22,509 bases of DNA from an uncultured Phycisphaerales bacterium (GTDB lineage Bacteria; Planctomycetota; Phycisphaerae; Phycisphaerales; SM1A02): NCBI GenBank assembly GCA_938084645.1, contig CALKEP010000032.1, positions 1 to 22,509 of the forward strand. The letters are read 5' to 3'. Numbering within the stretch: the first letter of the stretch is position 1; each line of letters starts with the position of its first letter. Shown here piece by piece: positions 8,891 to 17,765 of the stretch. The translations under genes were made by a program, and so were the position numbers. The notes beneath the pieces were generated by a model, which made no database searches, was not told the DNA's origin, and saw nothing but the letters and a program-made list of their open reading frames with translations.

Positions 8891-9973
8891 ATGAATCTGA
8901 AGCAGACCGGCCCCTGGATCGAACACTCCGGCCCCGACGCCGACGTGGTCGTATCGAGTCGAGCGAGACTCGCGAGGAATCTCACGGGCCTGCCGTTCGT
9001 CAACCAGGCCAGCGACACGCAGCGACGCGAGATCCTCCAGTTGGTCCGAAGCCTTCCGTTCGCGTCCGAACGCGGCGAAGGCCTGGTCTGGATCGATCTG
9101 CAACAGTCGACCTCGGAGGACCGGAGGCTGCTCTTCGAGCGGCATCTGGTGTCCCGGCAGTTCATCGAGTCGGTCTCGCCTCGGGCGGTCGCCATCGCGG
9201 ACGACGAGCAACTCAGCGTGATGGTGAACGAGGAGGACCATCTTCGGATGCAGGTCCTGCTCCCCGGGCTCGAGCTGGAGGAGGCTTGGCGGCGCGCCGT
9301 CGAGTTCGACCGACGTCTTGAAAAGCACGCGGACATCGCGGTGCATCCACGATGGGGCTATCTCACGGCGTGCCCCACGAACGTCGGCACCGCGATCCGC
9401 TTCTCGGTGATGCTCCATCTTCCGGGGCTCCGGCTCACCAACGAACTGGAGCGGCTCCGCCGGGCCTCGAACGATCTCGATCTCGCGGTCCGCGGTTTCT
9501 ATGGCGAGGGCTCGGACAGCAGCGGGGACTTCTACCAGGTGAGCAACCAGCTCACCCTCGGCGTCTCGGAGACGGATCTGCTCGCGACCTTCGTCGGCGA
9601 GGTCGTGCCCCGGATCGTCGCCTACGAGCGAATGGCACGGGACATCCTCGTCGAGCGGAGCGCCACGCTGCTCGAGGACCGGGTCCATCGAGCCCTCGGA
9701 ACGCTTCGATCGGCCAGACTGCTCGGCATCGAGGAATCGATGAAGCATCTGAGCAGGGTCCGACTCGGCATCGCGCTCGGACTGCTGCCCGACGTGCCAC
9801 TCGGCACGGTCCAGCGTCTGTTTCTCGAGGTCCAGCCGGCGCATCTCCGGCGCATCCGACCCGACAGCATCGACGACACGGCGTTGGAACCGGTGGGTGA
9901 GGATCGCATGCTCGACGATGAACGGACCCGCAGACGACGGGCCGCACTCGTCCGCCACGAACTCGGCGGTTGA
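8891..9973 (+). CDS. mcsB: protein arginine kinase McsB (ATP:guanido phosphotransferase)
   Basis: VVSSRARLARN, LFERHLVS, SVMVNEEDHLRMQ, GYLTACPTNVGT, VRGFYGEGS, YQVSNQLTLG. Confidence 0.93.
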   Translation: MNLKQTGPWIEHSGPDADVVVSSRARLARNLTGLPFVNQASDTQRREILQLVRSLPFASERGEGLVWIDLQQSTSEDRRLLFERHLVSRQFIESVSPRAVAIADDEQLSVMVNEEDHLRMQVLLPGLELEEAWRRAVEFDRRLEKHADIAVHPRWGYLTACPTNVGTAIRFSVMLHLPGLRLTNELERLRRASNDLDLAVRGFYGEGSDSSGDFYQVSNQLTLGVSETDLLATFVGEVVPRIVAYERMARDILVERSATLLEDRVHRALGTLRSARLLGIEESMKHLSRVRLGIALGLLPDVPLGTVQRLFLEVQPAHLRRIRPDSIDDTALEPVGEDRMLDDERTRRRRAALVRHELGG

Positions 9974-9990
9974 TTCGTCCCCGCGACCGG

Positions 9991-10278
9991 TCAGCCGGCG
10001 TAGAGCCGATCACAGTCCGCCGCGAAGGCGAAGTCCTTCTCGGACAGCCCGCCGGCGTCGTGGGTGGACAGCGTCAGCGTCACCTTGGCGTAGCGGATCA
10101 GGATGTCGGGGTGGTGCTGGACCTCCTCCGCCCGCGCCCCGATGCGGTTCACGAAGTCGATCGAGCCGAGAAAGTCCCCGAAGGTGAACGTCCTCTGGAT
10201 CGAATCGCCGCTCAGCGACCATTCGGCCCGTTCGACAAGGCCCGCTTCGATTTCCGCTTCGGTGAGTTTCTCGACCAT
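9991..10278 (-). CDS. phhB: pterin-4-alpha-carbinolamine dehydratase
   Basis: RTFTFGDF, AEEVQHHPDI, LSTHDAGGLSEKD; CAGGA SD before MVEKL. Confidence 0.92.
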   Translation of the reverse strand: MVEKLTEAEIEAGLVERAEWSLSGDSIQRTFTFGDFLGSIDFVNRIGARAEEVQHHPDILIRYAKVTLTLSTHDAGGLSEKDFAFAADCDRLYAG

Positions 10279-10367
10279 GGTGTTCCTGCTGTCGCCGCGA
10301 GTTGGTTCGGGTTCATCTCCTCGAGGTGCCCGCACCTCGTCCCGTCAATGAGGTCACTATACCCCCG

Positions 10368-11360
10368 ATGCCGGACGACTCCCTCCATCCCGAGCGACTC
10401 GAGTCGAAGCGAACGACCCGCCTCGCACCGAGCCCGACCGGCGACCTTCACCTCGGCAACGTCCGCTCGCTGCTTCTCGCCTGGGCGATGGGGCGGCGAG
10501 CCGGGTGGCGCGTGATCCTCCGGCACGAGGATCTCGATGCGAGTCGCACCTCGATCGAGGCCTGTGAGGCCATCGAGGCGTCCCTCCACTGGCTCGGCCT
10601 CGATTGGGACGGCGCGGCGACCCGGCAGTCCGACGACCTCGAACCCTACTTCGAGGCGATGCGCCGCCTCGAATCGCGACGGCTGGTCTTCGCGTCGAAT
10701 CTGAGTCGTCGGGAAATCCGAGAGGCCGCGGCGGCCCCGCACGGCGGCGGCGAGCTTCGGTTTCCTCGGGAACTCAGACCGACCGACGAGGACGCATGGC
10801 GGTTTCACGGCGGCGAGACCAACTTCCGGGTCACGACGCGACCGGGACCGGAGATCGTGCGGGACCGACTGCTCGGCACGCATCGATTCGATCCCGCGGC
10901 GGAGGTCGGGGACCAGATCGTCTGGACCAAGGCGGGGCGACCCGCCTACCAGCTGTCCGTCGTCGTCGACGACGATCGCCAGGGCGTGACCGACGTGATT
11001 CGCGGCGCGGACCTGCTTCCCAGCGCCGCTCGACAACAGCGACTGCGTCAGGACCTGGGAATCGCCGGGGATCCGACGTGGTGGCACCTGCCGATCGTCC
11101 ATGACGAGACCGGTCGGCGGCTCGCGAAGCGCGACGGCGACACCGGCGTCGAGGCCCTCCGCGCGGCGGGCGTTTCCGCCGATCGGATCATCGGTCTCGT
11201 GGCCTGGTGGTGCGGGCTCATCGAGCAGCCCGCGCCGATCGCGGCGGCCGCGATTCCCGAGTTGCTCGACGACGCTCGTCTTCGGAGTATGGTCACCAGA
11301 GAGACGACCGAACCGCTTCGATTCACCCACGAGGACCGACGATGGCTCCTGCACCGATGA
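10368..11360 (+). CDS. gluQ: glutamyl-Q tRNA(Asp) synthetase-like protein (GluRS catalytic domain only)
   Basis: RLAPSPTGDLHLGN, LRHEDLD, WLGLDWD, AYQLSVVVDD, VIRGADL, RLAKR; no anticodon-binding domain. Confidence 0.87.
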   Translation: MPDDSLHPERLESKRTTRLAPSPTGDLHLGNVRSLLLAWAMGRRAGWRVILRHEDLDASRTSIEACEAIEASLHWLGLDWDGAATRQSDDLEPYFEAMRRLESRRLVFASNLSRREIREAAAAPHGGGELRFPRELRPTDEDAWRFHGGETNFRVTTRPGPEIVRDRLLGTHRFDPAAEVGDQIVWTKAGRPAYQLSVVVDDDRQGVTDVIRGADLLPSAARQQRLRQDLGIAGDPTWWHLPIVHDETGRRLAKRDGDTGVEALRAAGVSADRIIGLVAWWCGLIEQPAPIAAAAIPELLDDARLRSMVTRETTEPLRFTHEDRRWLLHR

Positions 11361-11926
11361 GCGAACACCATGCATCCCGGAGCCCGCGTCGACGGCTGTC
11401 TCTCGAATGGATGATCGGGCTGATGGGCATGGGCGGCGCGATCATGGCGGCCGCGGGCTGCGAGCCAGCCGCCGCGCCGGTGGACGCGGGGGTCGAGGTC
11501 GTCCGGATCGGCGATCGGGAGTTCAAGCTCGAGCTCTCGCTCTCGCGCGAACGCCGCCGCATCGGCCTCGGTGGGCGGGAGACGCTCGCGGACGACGAGG
11601 GAATGCTCTTCGCGTTTCCCCGGGCGGCGCCACAGCGATTCTGGATGTACGACTGCCTGATGGACATCGACATCGCCTATCTCGACCCCATCGGCTACGT
11701 CACGGCCGTCCACACCATGCGGAAGGAACCGCCGCGAGGTCCGGGGGAGGACGAGCTCGACTATCAGGCGAGACTGCCGGGCTATCCCAGTCTCTACCCC
11801 GCCCAATTCGTGATCGAACTCGCGCCCGGAATGTTCGAACGCCTCGGCATCGAGGCGGGAGATCGCATCGAGATCGGCGCGGATCGACTCAAGATGCTCG
11901 GCGAGGCTTCCGAAGACGAGTTCTGA
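11357..11926 (+). CDS. DUF192 family protein, probable lipoprotein
   Basis: GLGGRETL, GMLFAF, FWMYDC, DIAYLD, FVIELAPG; lipobox-like AAGC; ATGA overlap with gluQ. Confidence 0.88.
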   Translation: MSEHHASRSPRRRLSLEWMIGLMGMGGAIMAAAGCEPAAAPVDAGVEVVRIGDREFKLELSLSRERRRIGLGGRETLADDEGMLFAFPRAAPQRFWMYDCLMDIDIAYLDPIGYVTAVHTMRKEPPRGPGEDELDYQARLPGYPSLYPAQFVIELAPGMFERLGIEAGDRIEIGADRLKMLGEASEDEF

Positions 11927-11978
11927 ACGCGTTCGTCTTCCTTGCGACGGCGCTGGCTCGAGAAACCCGGGGGACCCG

Positions 11979-13268
11979 ATGCCGACCGCACCGGACGTCA
12001 GAATTCAGATCATCGTCGATGCGCACGGCGTGCCACGAGGAGAACGGCTTCGAGATCGACTCGACGCGGCCGCCCGCCGACACCCGGGCCCGCCGATCGA
12101 GGCGACGGTGCTTCCCTTCCACCAGCTCGATCGACGCGTGATCGAGCGGTCGACCGCGATCGTCTTCCTCAACGCCGCATGCGATCACGACGCGATTCCT
12201 CGAACCATCGCTCGAATCCGATCGATCATCGACCTGCCCATGATCCGGATCGGTGGCGACCCCGATCCGCATTCGATCCGACTTCCCGCCGACGTCACGC
12301 CCGAAGTGGTTCTGGCGACGCTCCGGGCCCTTGCGCACCGAGATCCCGAGATCCGGCGACTTCGTGCGGAGATCGAGACCACCACCCAGGTCGCGGACGG
12401 CGTCCGCGACGAGATCGCCCGCATCGACGAGGAGCTCCGCGCAGCGTCGATGGTCCAACGCGAGTTCCTGCCGCGCGAGATGCCGGACATCGCCGGCACG
12501 CAGGTCGCGGCCCTCTGGCGTCCCGCCGGATACGTCTCGGGCGACATCTTCGACGTGTTCCGAATCGATCACGATCGGATCGGGTTGTTCCTCGCCGATG
12601 CGGTGGGACACGGCGTCCCCGCCGCGCTCATGACCATGCTCATCTGCCGGAGTCTTCCGATCCGGGAACTGCTGGCCGACGGCAGCCATCGCGTCCGACC
12701 GCCCGGCGAAGCCCTCGCCGCCCTCAACGCCTTCATGGTGGCGAGACAGGGGCGACAGGCTCGTTTCGCGACCGCGGCCTACGTGATCTACGACATCCGG
12801 AATCGGATCGCGAGCATCGCATCCGCCGGCCATCCACCCGTCCTCCATCTCCCACCCCCGGGCGACGAGGCGCCCACGCGGGAGATCGGAAGCACCGGCG
12901 GCCTGCTCGGCGTGTTTCCCGATGCGGAGTTCGGCGTGACGGAGGTGGAACTCGCGCCGGAGGAGGCGATCGTCGTTCACAGCGATGGATTCGAGCAGGC
13001 GTTCCCCGAGACGACCATCGATCCGACGACGTCGAACCTCCCCAACGATCGATACCGCGCGATCATCGACGAGGCGGGGCGATCCCGGGACCCCGGCGAG
13101 ATGATCGCACGCGTTCGCGAACGACTCGACGGCCACGACGGCTCGCTCCACCAGACCGACGATCTCACCATGATCTGCATGCGGGCCGGAGACCCCGCGG
13201 TGTCGAAGCGTGCCCTGCCACGCCGCGAACACCTGGTGCGCCCCACCACGTCACCGGCCACGGACTGA
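11979..13268 (+). CDS. PP2C/SpoIIE (RsbU-like) Ser/Thr phosphatase with N-terminal alpha/beta domain and coiled coil
   Basis: ELRAASMVQREFLP, VSGDIFD, LADAVGHGVPAA, SAGHPP, HSDG, DDLT. Confidence 0.92.
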   Translation: MPTAPDVRIQIIVDAHGVPRGERLRDRLDAAARRHPGPPIEATVLPFHQLDRRVIERSTAIVFLNAACDHDAIPRTIARIRSIIDLPMIRIGGDPDPHSIRLPADVTPEVVLATLRALAHRDPEIRRLRAEIETTTQVADGVRDEIARIDEELRAASMVQREFLPREMPDIAGTQVAALWRPAGYVSGDIFDVFRIDHDRIGLFLADAVGHGVPAALMTMLICRSLPIRELLADGSHRVRPPGEALAALNAFMVARQGRQARFATAAYVIYDIRNRIASIASAGHPPVLHLPPPGDEAPTREIGSTGGLLGVFPDAEFGVTEVELAPEEAIVVHSDGFEQAFPETTIDPTTSNLPNDRYRAIIDEAGRSRDPGEMIARVRERLDGHDGSLHQTDDLTMICMRAGDPAVSKRALPRREHLVRPTTSPATD

Positions 13269-13284
13269 CCGGAAGTGACCGTGA

Positions 13285-13917
13285 TCAGCCTTCGTCGCGG
13301 GCGGCGAGCATTCGATCCACGTGGACCGCGACCATCTTCGCGAAGGCATCCGCCTCGAGATTCACGCGGTCGCCGACCCTGAAGCCACGCAACGTGGTCC
13401 GTTCCAACGTCTCGGGGATGAGCGCGATCTCGAATCCCGTGACGCCGTCCCGCGGACCTTCGCCGTGAATCGTCCGGGCGACGGTGAGCGAAACGCCGTC
13501 GACGGTGATCGAGCCCCGATCGACGAGATGTTCCCGCACGCCGTCCGGCGCATCGATGCGGATGCGCCAGTCGTCTCCATCGTCGATCTCGCGAACCACG
13601 CCCGTACCGTCGATGTGACCCTGGACGAGGTGGCCGCCGAGCAGCGTCTCCATGGTCGCCGCGTGTTCCAGGTTCACGGAATCGGAAACCGACAGTCCCC
13701 CGAGCGTGGTCATCTCGAGTGAACGATGGATCACATCGAACACGTGACGTCCGGCCGACGACTCGACGACCGTGAGACAGCAGCCGTCGACCGCGATCGA
13801 TGCGCCGTCCTCCGGCCGGTAGCCCCACGACGCGGCATCGATGGCCAGACGCCGCCCGGTCGGAATGTCCCGAACCTCGGAAACGGTGCCCAACGCCTGA
13901 ATGAGTCCTGTGAACAT
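13285..13917 (-). CDS. ribE: riboflavin synthase (alpha chain)
   Basis: MFTGLI, SIAVDGCCLTV, VNLE, GGHLVQGHID, GSITVDGVSLTV, LIPETL. Confidence 0.96.
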   Translation of the reverse strand: MFTGLIQALGTVSEVRDIPTGRRLAIDAASWGYRPEDGASIAVDGCCLTVVESSAGRHVFDVIHRSLEMTTLGGLSVSDSVNLEHAATMETLLGGHLVQGHIDGTGVVREIDDGDDWRIRIDAPDGVREHLVDRGSITVDGVSLTVARTIHGEGPRDGVTGFEIALIPETLERTTLRGFRVGDRVNLEADAFAKMVAVHVDRMLAARDEG

Positions 13918-13923
13918 GCCCGG

Positions 13924-13929
13924 AGAGTA
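13924..13929 (-). promoter_or_regulatory. candidate -10 TACTCT, 6 nt before the ribE ATG (leaderless)
   Basis: minus strand reads ggcTACTCTccgggcATG with no SD. Confidence 0.6.
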
Positions 13930-14081
13930 GCCCCCCACCGGCCCCGACGCCCCATCGGAGGTCCGAAGCAGGTCGACTCGAACCGTACGGAGCCGCCCCC
14001 GGCCCCCGCGTCCGGCCGGACCGCACCGGATCGGGGGACCGGAGGGCCATCGCCGGACCTGAAGGGATGCCGTCGTCTCGA

Positions 14082-14087
14082 TACACT
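14082..14087 (+). promoter_or_regulatory. candidate -10 TACACT
   Basis: TAnnnT about 50 nt upstream of the beta-propeller gene start. Confidence 0.45.
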
Positions 14088-14139
14088 GTCACACCGCGCG
14101 AAGCCGTCGCCGAGCGCGTCCGGTCAACTGGAGATACCG

Positions 14140-15330
14140 ATGTCCGCAGTGCGTCACCACGTTCGAAACCTCGCCCTCGTCGCCCTCGTCGCCGCCACGC
14201 CTTCGGTGTTGGCCGCGTCCATGGACGACCGAGACGATGCGCTCGCCGCCCGCAAGGCCGAGCTCGACCAGAAGTACGCCTTCGGCCCCTCCGCGGCCGC
14301 GGCGATCGACTATCGCATCGCCTGGCAGACGTCGACCGGTGACATCACGAAGCGCGTCGACGTCATGGACGACGACGTCTACGTGCTCAGCGATCGCAAC
14401 CGACTGACCCGGATCGACCGCGGCTCGGGCGCCCAGGTCTGGACCACGATCGCCGCGGATCCGCTCGATGCCGTCTGGGGCGTGACCCCGGGCCTGCCCC
14501 GGGCCGGCGACCAGCCGTTCGGACAGAACGATGACGACCGGATCTACGTCACCTCGGATCCGGTGGTGTTCGTTCTCGATCACAAGACCGGCGCGGTCGT
14601 CGGTCGACAGGATCTCGAGCGGATTCCCTCGACCGATGTCGTCCGCCGAGGCAGCTACCTCATCTTCGGCAGTCGCATGGGGCAGGTCGTCTGGCATCAG
14701 TACACCGTCGGGCAGGCGTGGCGGGCCAACCAGCTCAAGGGCCCGATCGTCTCGACGCCGATCCTCGTCGGGAGCAACGGCGTCGCCGCCGCGAGCGAAG
14801 GCGGCACGTTCCTCATGCTCGACGCGAAGTCGGCCGGTCGCATCTGGGGCGAGCGTCTCTTCGACGGCGTGACCGCGCCGCTCGCCGCGGGCGGTGGCAA
14901 GGTCTTCGCGGCCAGCAAGGACCAGTACCTCTGGGCGTTCGACGCACGCAACGGCGACACCGCCTGGCGATACTTCACCGAGAGCCCCCTGACCGAACCC
15001 CCGACCTACGTCGACGTCGACGGCGGCCGGGTGCTCCAGTGGGTTCCCTCCGAAGGCCTGGTCTGCCTCGAATCGAATCCCGGCAACGCGATCGAAGGCC
15101 GCAAGGTCTGGACGCTCCCCGGCGTCACCGGTCGATGCGTGGGGCGAGTCAACGGCGACATGGCCATCTGGGACGCGAATGCGAAGACGCTTCGACTGGT
15201 CGACGTCTCCCAGGGCGCCGTCACCCGGACGATGCCGCTCCCGCAGGTCGAGCGGATCTCGATGGACGGCGACACGATCTTCGCGATCTCCGACGACGGA
15301 CGCGTCGTCCGCCTCGATCCGATCGGCTGA
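14140..15330 (+). CDS. secreted PQQ-binding-like beta-propeller protein (BamB-like fold)
   Basis: signal peptide (NLALVALVAATPSVLA), repeated xD(A)xxGxxxW blades (IDRGSGAQVW, LDAKSAGRIW, FDARNGDTAW); GGAG SD. Confidence 0.85.
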   Translation: MSAVRHHVRNLALVALVAATPSVLAASMDDRDDALAARKAELDQKYAFGPSAAAAIDYRIAWQTSTGDITKRVDVMDDDVYVLSDRNRLTRIDRGSGAQVWTTIAADPLDAVWGVTPGLPRAGDQPFGQNDDDRIYVTSDPVVFVLDHKTGAVVGRQDLERIPSTDVVRRGSYLIFGSRMGQVVWHQYTVGQAWRANQLKGPIVSTPILVGSNGVAAASEGGTFLMLDAKSAGRIWGERLFDGVTAPLAAGGGKVFAASKDQYLWAFDARNGDTAWRYFTESPLTEPPTYVDVDGGRVLQWVPSEGLVCLESNPGNAIEGRKVWTLPGVTGRCVGRVNGDMAIWDANAKTLRLVDVSQGAVTRTMPLPQVERISMDGDTIFAISDDGRVVRLDPIG

Positions 15331-15419
15331 TCGACACGCCCGATCCACGCCGTACCCGGATCGCCACCGGCACCCATCGACCGGTGAGCGATCCGAATCC
15401 CCATCCGGACTCCCCTTCC

Positions 15420-17015
15420 ATGCCCGATCTCGTCCCCATCCGACGCGCCTTGATCTCGGTCAGTGACAAGACCGACCTCATCCCGTTCGCGAAGGGCCTG
15501 ACGGACCGTGGCATCGAGATCGTCTCGACCGGCGGTACGCATCGGGCACTGACCGCCGCCGGACTCTCGCCCGTCGCGATCGACGATCTCACCGGCTTCC
15601 CCGAGATGATGGACGGCCGCGTGAAGACGCTGCACCCCGCGGTGCACGGCGGCATCCTCGCACGCCGGGATCTCGAGTCGCACGTCGAGGCCATGAACGC
15701 CCACGGCATCCTTCCCATCGACATCGTCTGCGTGAATCTCTACCCCTTCGAGCAGACGATCCGGCAGGACGGCGTCACCGATCACGAGGCGATCGAGCAG
15801 ATCGACATCGGCGGGCCTTCGATGGTCCGCTCGGCGGCGAAGAATCACGGCTTCGTGACGGTCATCACGAACCCCACCCAGTACGACCGGGTCATCAACG
15901 AACTCGATGCCAACGACGGCTGCACCTCCGAGCAGCTGCGCCGGGACTTCGCGACCACCGCGTTCGCCCGGACCGCGGAATACGACGCCACGATCGCGGC
16001 GTGGATGAGCGGAACGTCCTCCGCCCGATTCCCCAGCGTCCTGCGGCTGAACTTCGCCGGCCAGCGAAGCCTGCGCTACGGCGAGAACCCACACCAGGCC
16101 GGTGCCGTCTACCGGGATCCGGACTTCCAGGGCCCGAGCGTCACCAACGCCCGCCAGCTCTCCGGCAAGCCGCTCTCCTACAACAACCTCCTCGACGCCG
16201 CGAGCGCCCTCGAACTCGTCCAGGACCTCCACGACATCGACCCCGACCGACCCGCGGCCGCGGTGATCAAGCACACCAATCCGTGCGGCGCCGCGGTCGG
16301 CGACCGACTCGCGGACGCGTTCGATCGCGCCTACGCCGGCGATCCGCTGGCGGCGTTCGGTGGCATCGTCGCCCTCACGGGCAACGTGGACCTCGCCACC
16401 GCCTCCAAGATCGCCGAGGGTGGCCGGTTTCTCGAAGTCGTGCTCGCCTCGTCGTTCGATGAGGACGCCGCGGAACTGCTCGCAGACCGTTGGAAGAACT
16501 GCCGGCTGCTCGCCGTCGGCCCGCTCGACGACGAGGGTCATGAAGGGTTGTCGCTGCGATCGATTCCCGGCGGCCTGCTCGCCCAGGAACGGGACACTCA
16601 CCCCTTCTCCGCCTCCGACCTCCGCCAGGCCGCGGGCCCCGCGGCGGACGACGCGACCCGCCGTGCCGCCGGACTGGCCTGGACGGTGGTCAAGCAACTC
16701 AAGTCGAATGCGATCTGCATCGCGACACCCGATCGCCTTCTCGGCGCGGGTGCGGGCCAGATGGATCGGGTGGCCGCCTGCCGGCTCGCGGTCGCGAAGG
16801 CGGGCGATCTGAGCGGAATCGCCGGCGAGGGACCCGTGATCGGGGCCAGCGACGCGTTCTTTCCGTTCCCCGACGGGCCCGAGATCCTCATCGACGCGGG
16901 CGTCACCTGCCTGATCCATCCCGGGGGATCCAAGCGGGACGAGGAGACGTTCGAGCTCTGCGAACAGCGGGGCGTCACCTGCCTGCTCACCGGAATTCGA
17001 CACTTCCGACACTGA
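15420..17015 (+). CDS. purH: bifunctional AICAR transformylase / IMP cyclohydrolase
   Basis: RRALISVSDKT, STGGT, GRVKTLHP, IDIGGPSM, LRYGENPHQ, LSYNN, KHTNPCG, KSNAI, ASDAFFPF, RHFRH. Confidence 0.98.
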   Translation: MPDLVPIRRALISVSDKTDLIPFAKGLTDRGIEIVSTGGTHRALTAAGLSPVAIDDLTGFPEMMDGRVKTLHPAVHGGILARRDLESHVEAMNAHGILPIDIVCVNLYPFEQTIRQDGVTDHEAIEQIDIGGPSMVRSAAKNHGFVTVITNPTQYDRVINELDANDGCTSEQLRRDFATTAFARTAEYDATIAAWMSGTSSARFPSVLRLNFAGQRSLRYGENPHQAGAVYRDPDFQGPSVTNARQLSGKPLSYNNLLDAASALELVQDLHDIDPDRPAAAVIKHTNPCGAAVGDRLADAFDRAYAGDPLAAFGGIVALTGNVDLATASKIAEGGRFLEVVLASSFDEDAAELLADRWKNCRLLAVGPLDDEGHEGLSLRSIPGGLLAQERDTHPFSASDLRQAAGPAADDATRRAAGLAWTVVKQLKSNAICIATPDRLLGAGAGQMDRVAACRLAVAKAGDLSGIAGEGPVIGASDAFFPFPDGPEILIDAGVTCLIHPGGSKRDEETFELCEQRGVTCLLTGIRHFRH

Positions 17016-17042
17016 TTCGAGATCCGTCGCCGGCATGGCGGG

Positions 17043-17051
17043 TGCTACCAT
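17043..17051 (+). promoter_or_regulatory. candidate extended -10 (TGcTACCAT) upstream of nuoC
   Basis: TGnTAnnAT consensus, embedded in an inverted repeat. Confidence 0.55.
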
Positions 17052-17099
17052 GCCGCTTTCACGGTCCGCCGCCCGGCGGCCCGGTCCCGGAGCCCGCCC

Positions 17100-17663
17100 G
17101 TGCCGACCCCCAGCCAGCCGAAACTCGACCATCCCGACCTCCCCCGCGTGAAGGCCGCCTTCACCGACATCCGGTTCCAGGGGACCGAGTTCCGGGGGAT
17201 GACCTCCTTGATCGTCCCCGTGGATCGGACGCACGAAGTCCTGCGGTTCCTTCGAGACGACGCGGAGTGCAGCTACGAGTTCCTCTCCGACGTCACCGCC
17301 GTCGACTACCTCGACTACGTCGTGGAGACCCCCGCGAGGTTCGGCGTCGTCTGGTGCCTCCTGAGCCACACCACGGGCCGACGCCTCACCGTGAAGACCT
17401 GGCTCGACCCGACCATGGACACCGAGGGGATCGCCGAGGATCCCGGCCTGATGGTCGACAGCGTCTGCGACATCTGGCCTGGTGCCGAATGGATGGAGCG
17501 CGAGGTCTTCGACATGTTCGGGATCCGGTTCCGGAACCACCCGGACCTGCGACGCATCCTGCTCTGGAAGGACTTCCCGGCCCACCCGCTCCGGAAGGAC
17601 TATCCGCTGCGAGGCCGCGGCGAGCGCGAGTTCTATTCGGTCCTCGACCGCGACGCCCGCTGA
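17100..17663 (+). CDS. nuoC: NADH-quinone oxidoreductase subunit C
   Basis: LSDVTAVDY, RFGVV, AEWMEREVFDMFGIRFRNHPDLRRILL, HPLRKDYPL; GGAG SD. Confidence 0.94.
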   Translation: MPTPSQPKLDHPDLPRVKAAFTDIRFQGTEFRGMTSLIVPVDRTHEVLRFLRDDAECSYEFLSDVTAVDYLDYVVETPARFGVVWCLLSHTTGRRLTVKTWLDPTMDTEGIAEDPGLMVDSVCDIWPGAEWMEREVFDMFGIRFRNHPDLRRILLWKDFPAHPLRKDYPLRGRGEREFYSVLDRDAR

Positions 17664-17765
17664 CCGACCGGCTGCGTCGACGAGCGCGAACCATCGAACG
17701 ATCCGCGATCCGCCCCGACGCGCCACGAGCCGTCGACCGTGGACGGCTCGCGAGGAGCCGATTCC

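Noticed and set aside
13918..14139. FMN riboswitch upstream of ribE
   Set aside because: No RFN consensus; the gene appears leaderless
15331..15419. ZMP/ZTP riboswitch upstream of purH
   Set aside because: Conserved GACUGGCG and CGCCUGGG elements are absent and the space is short
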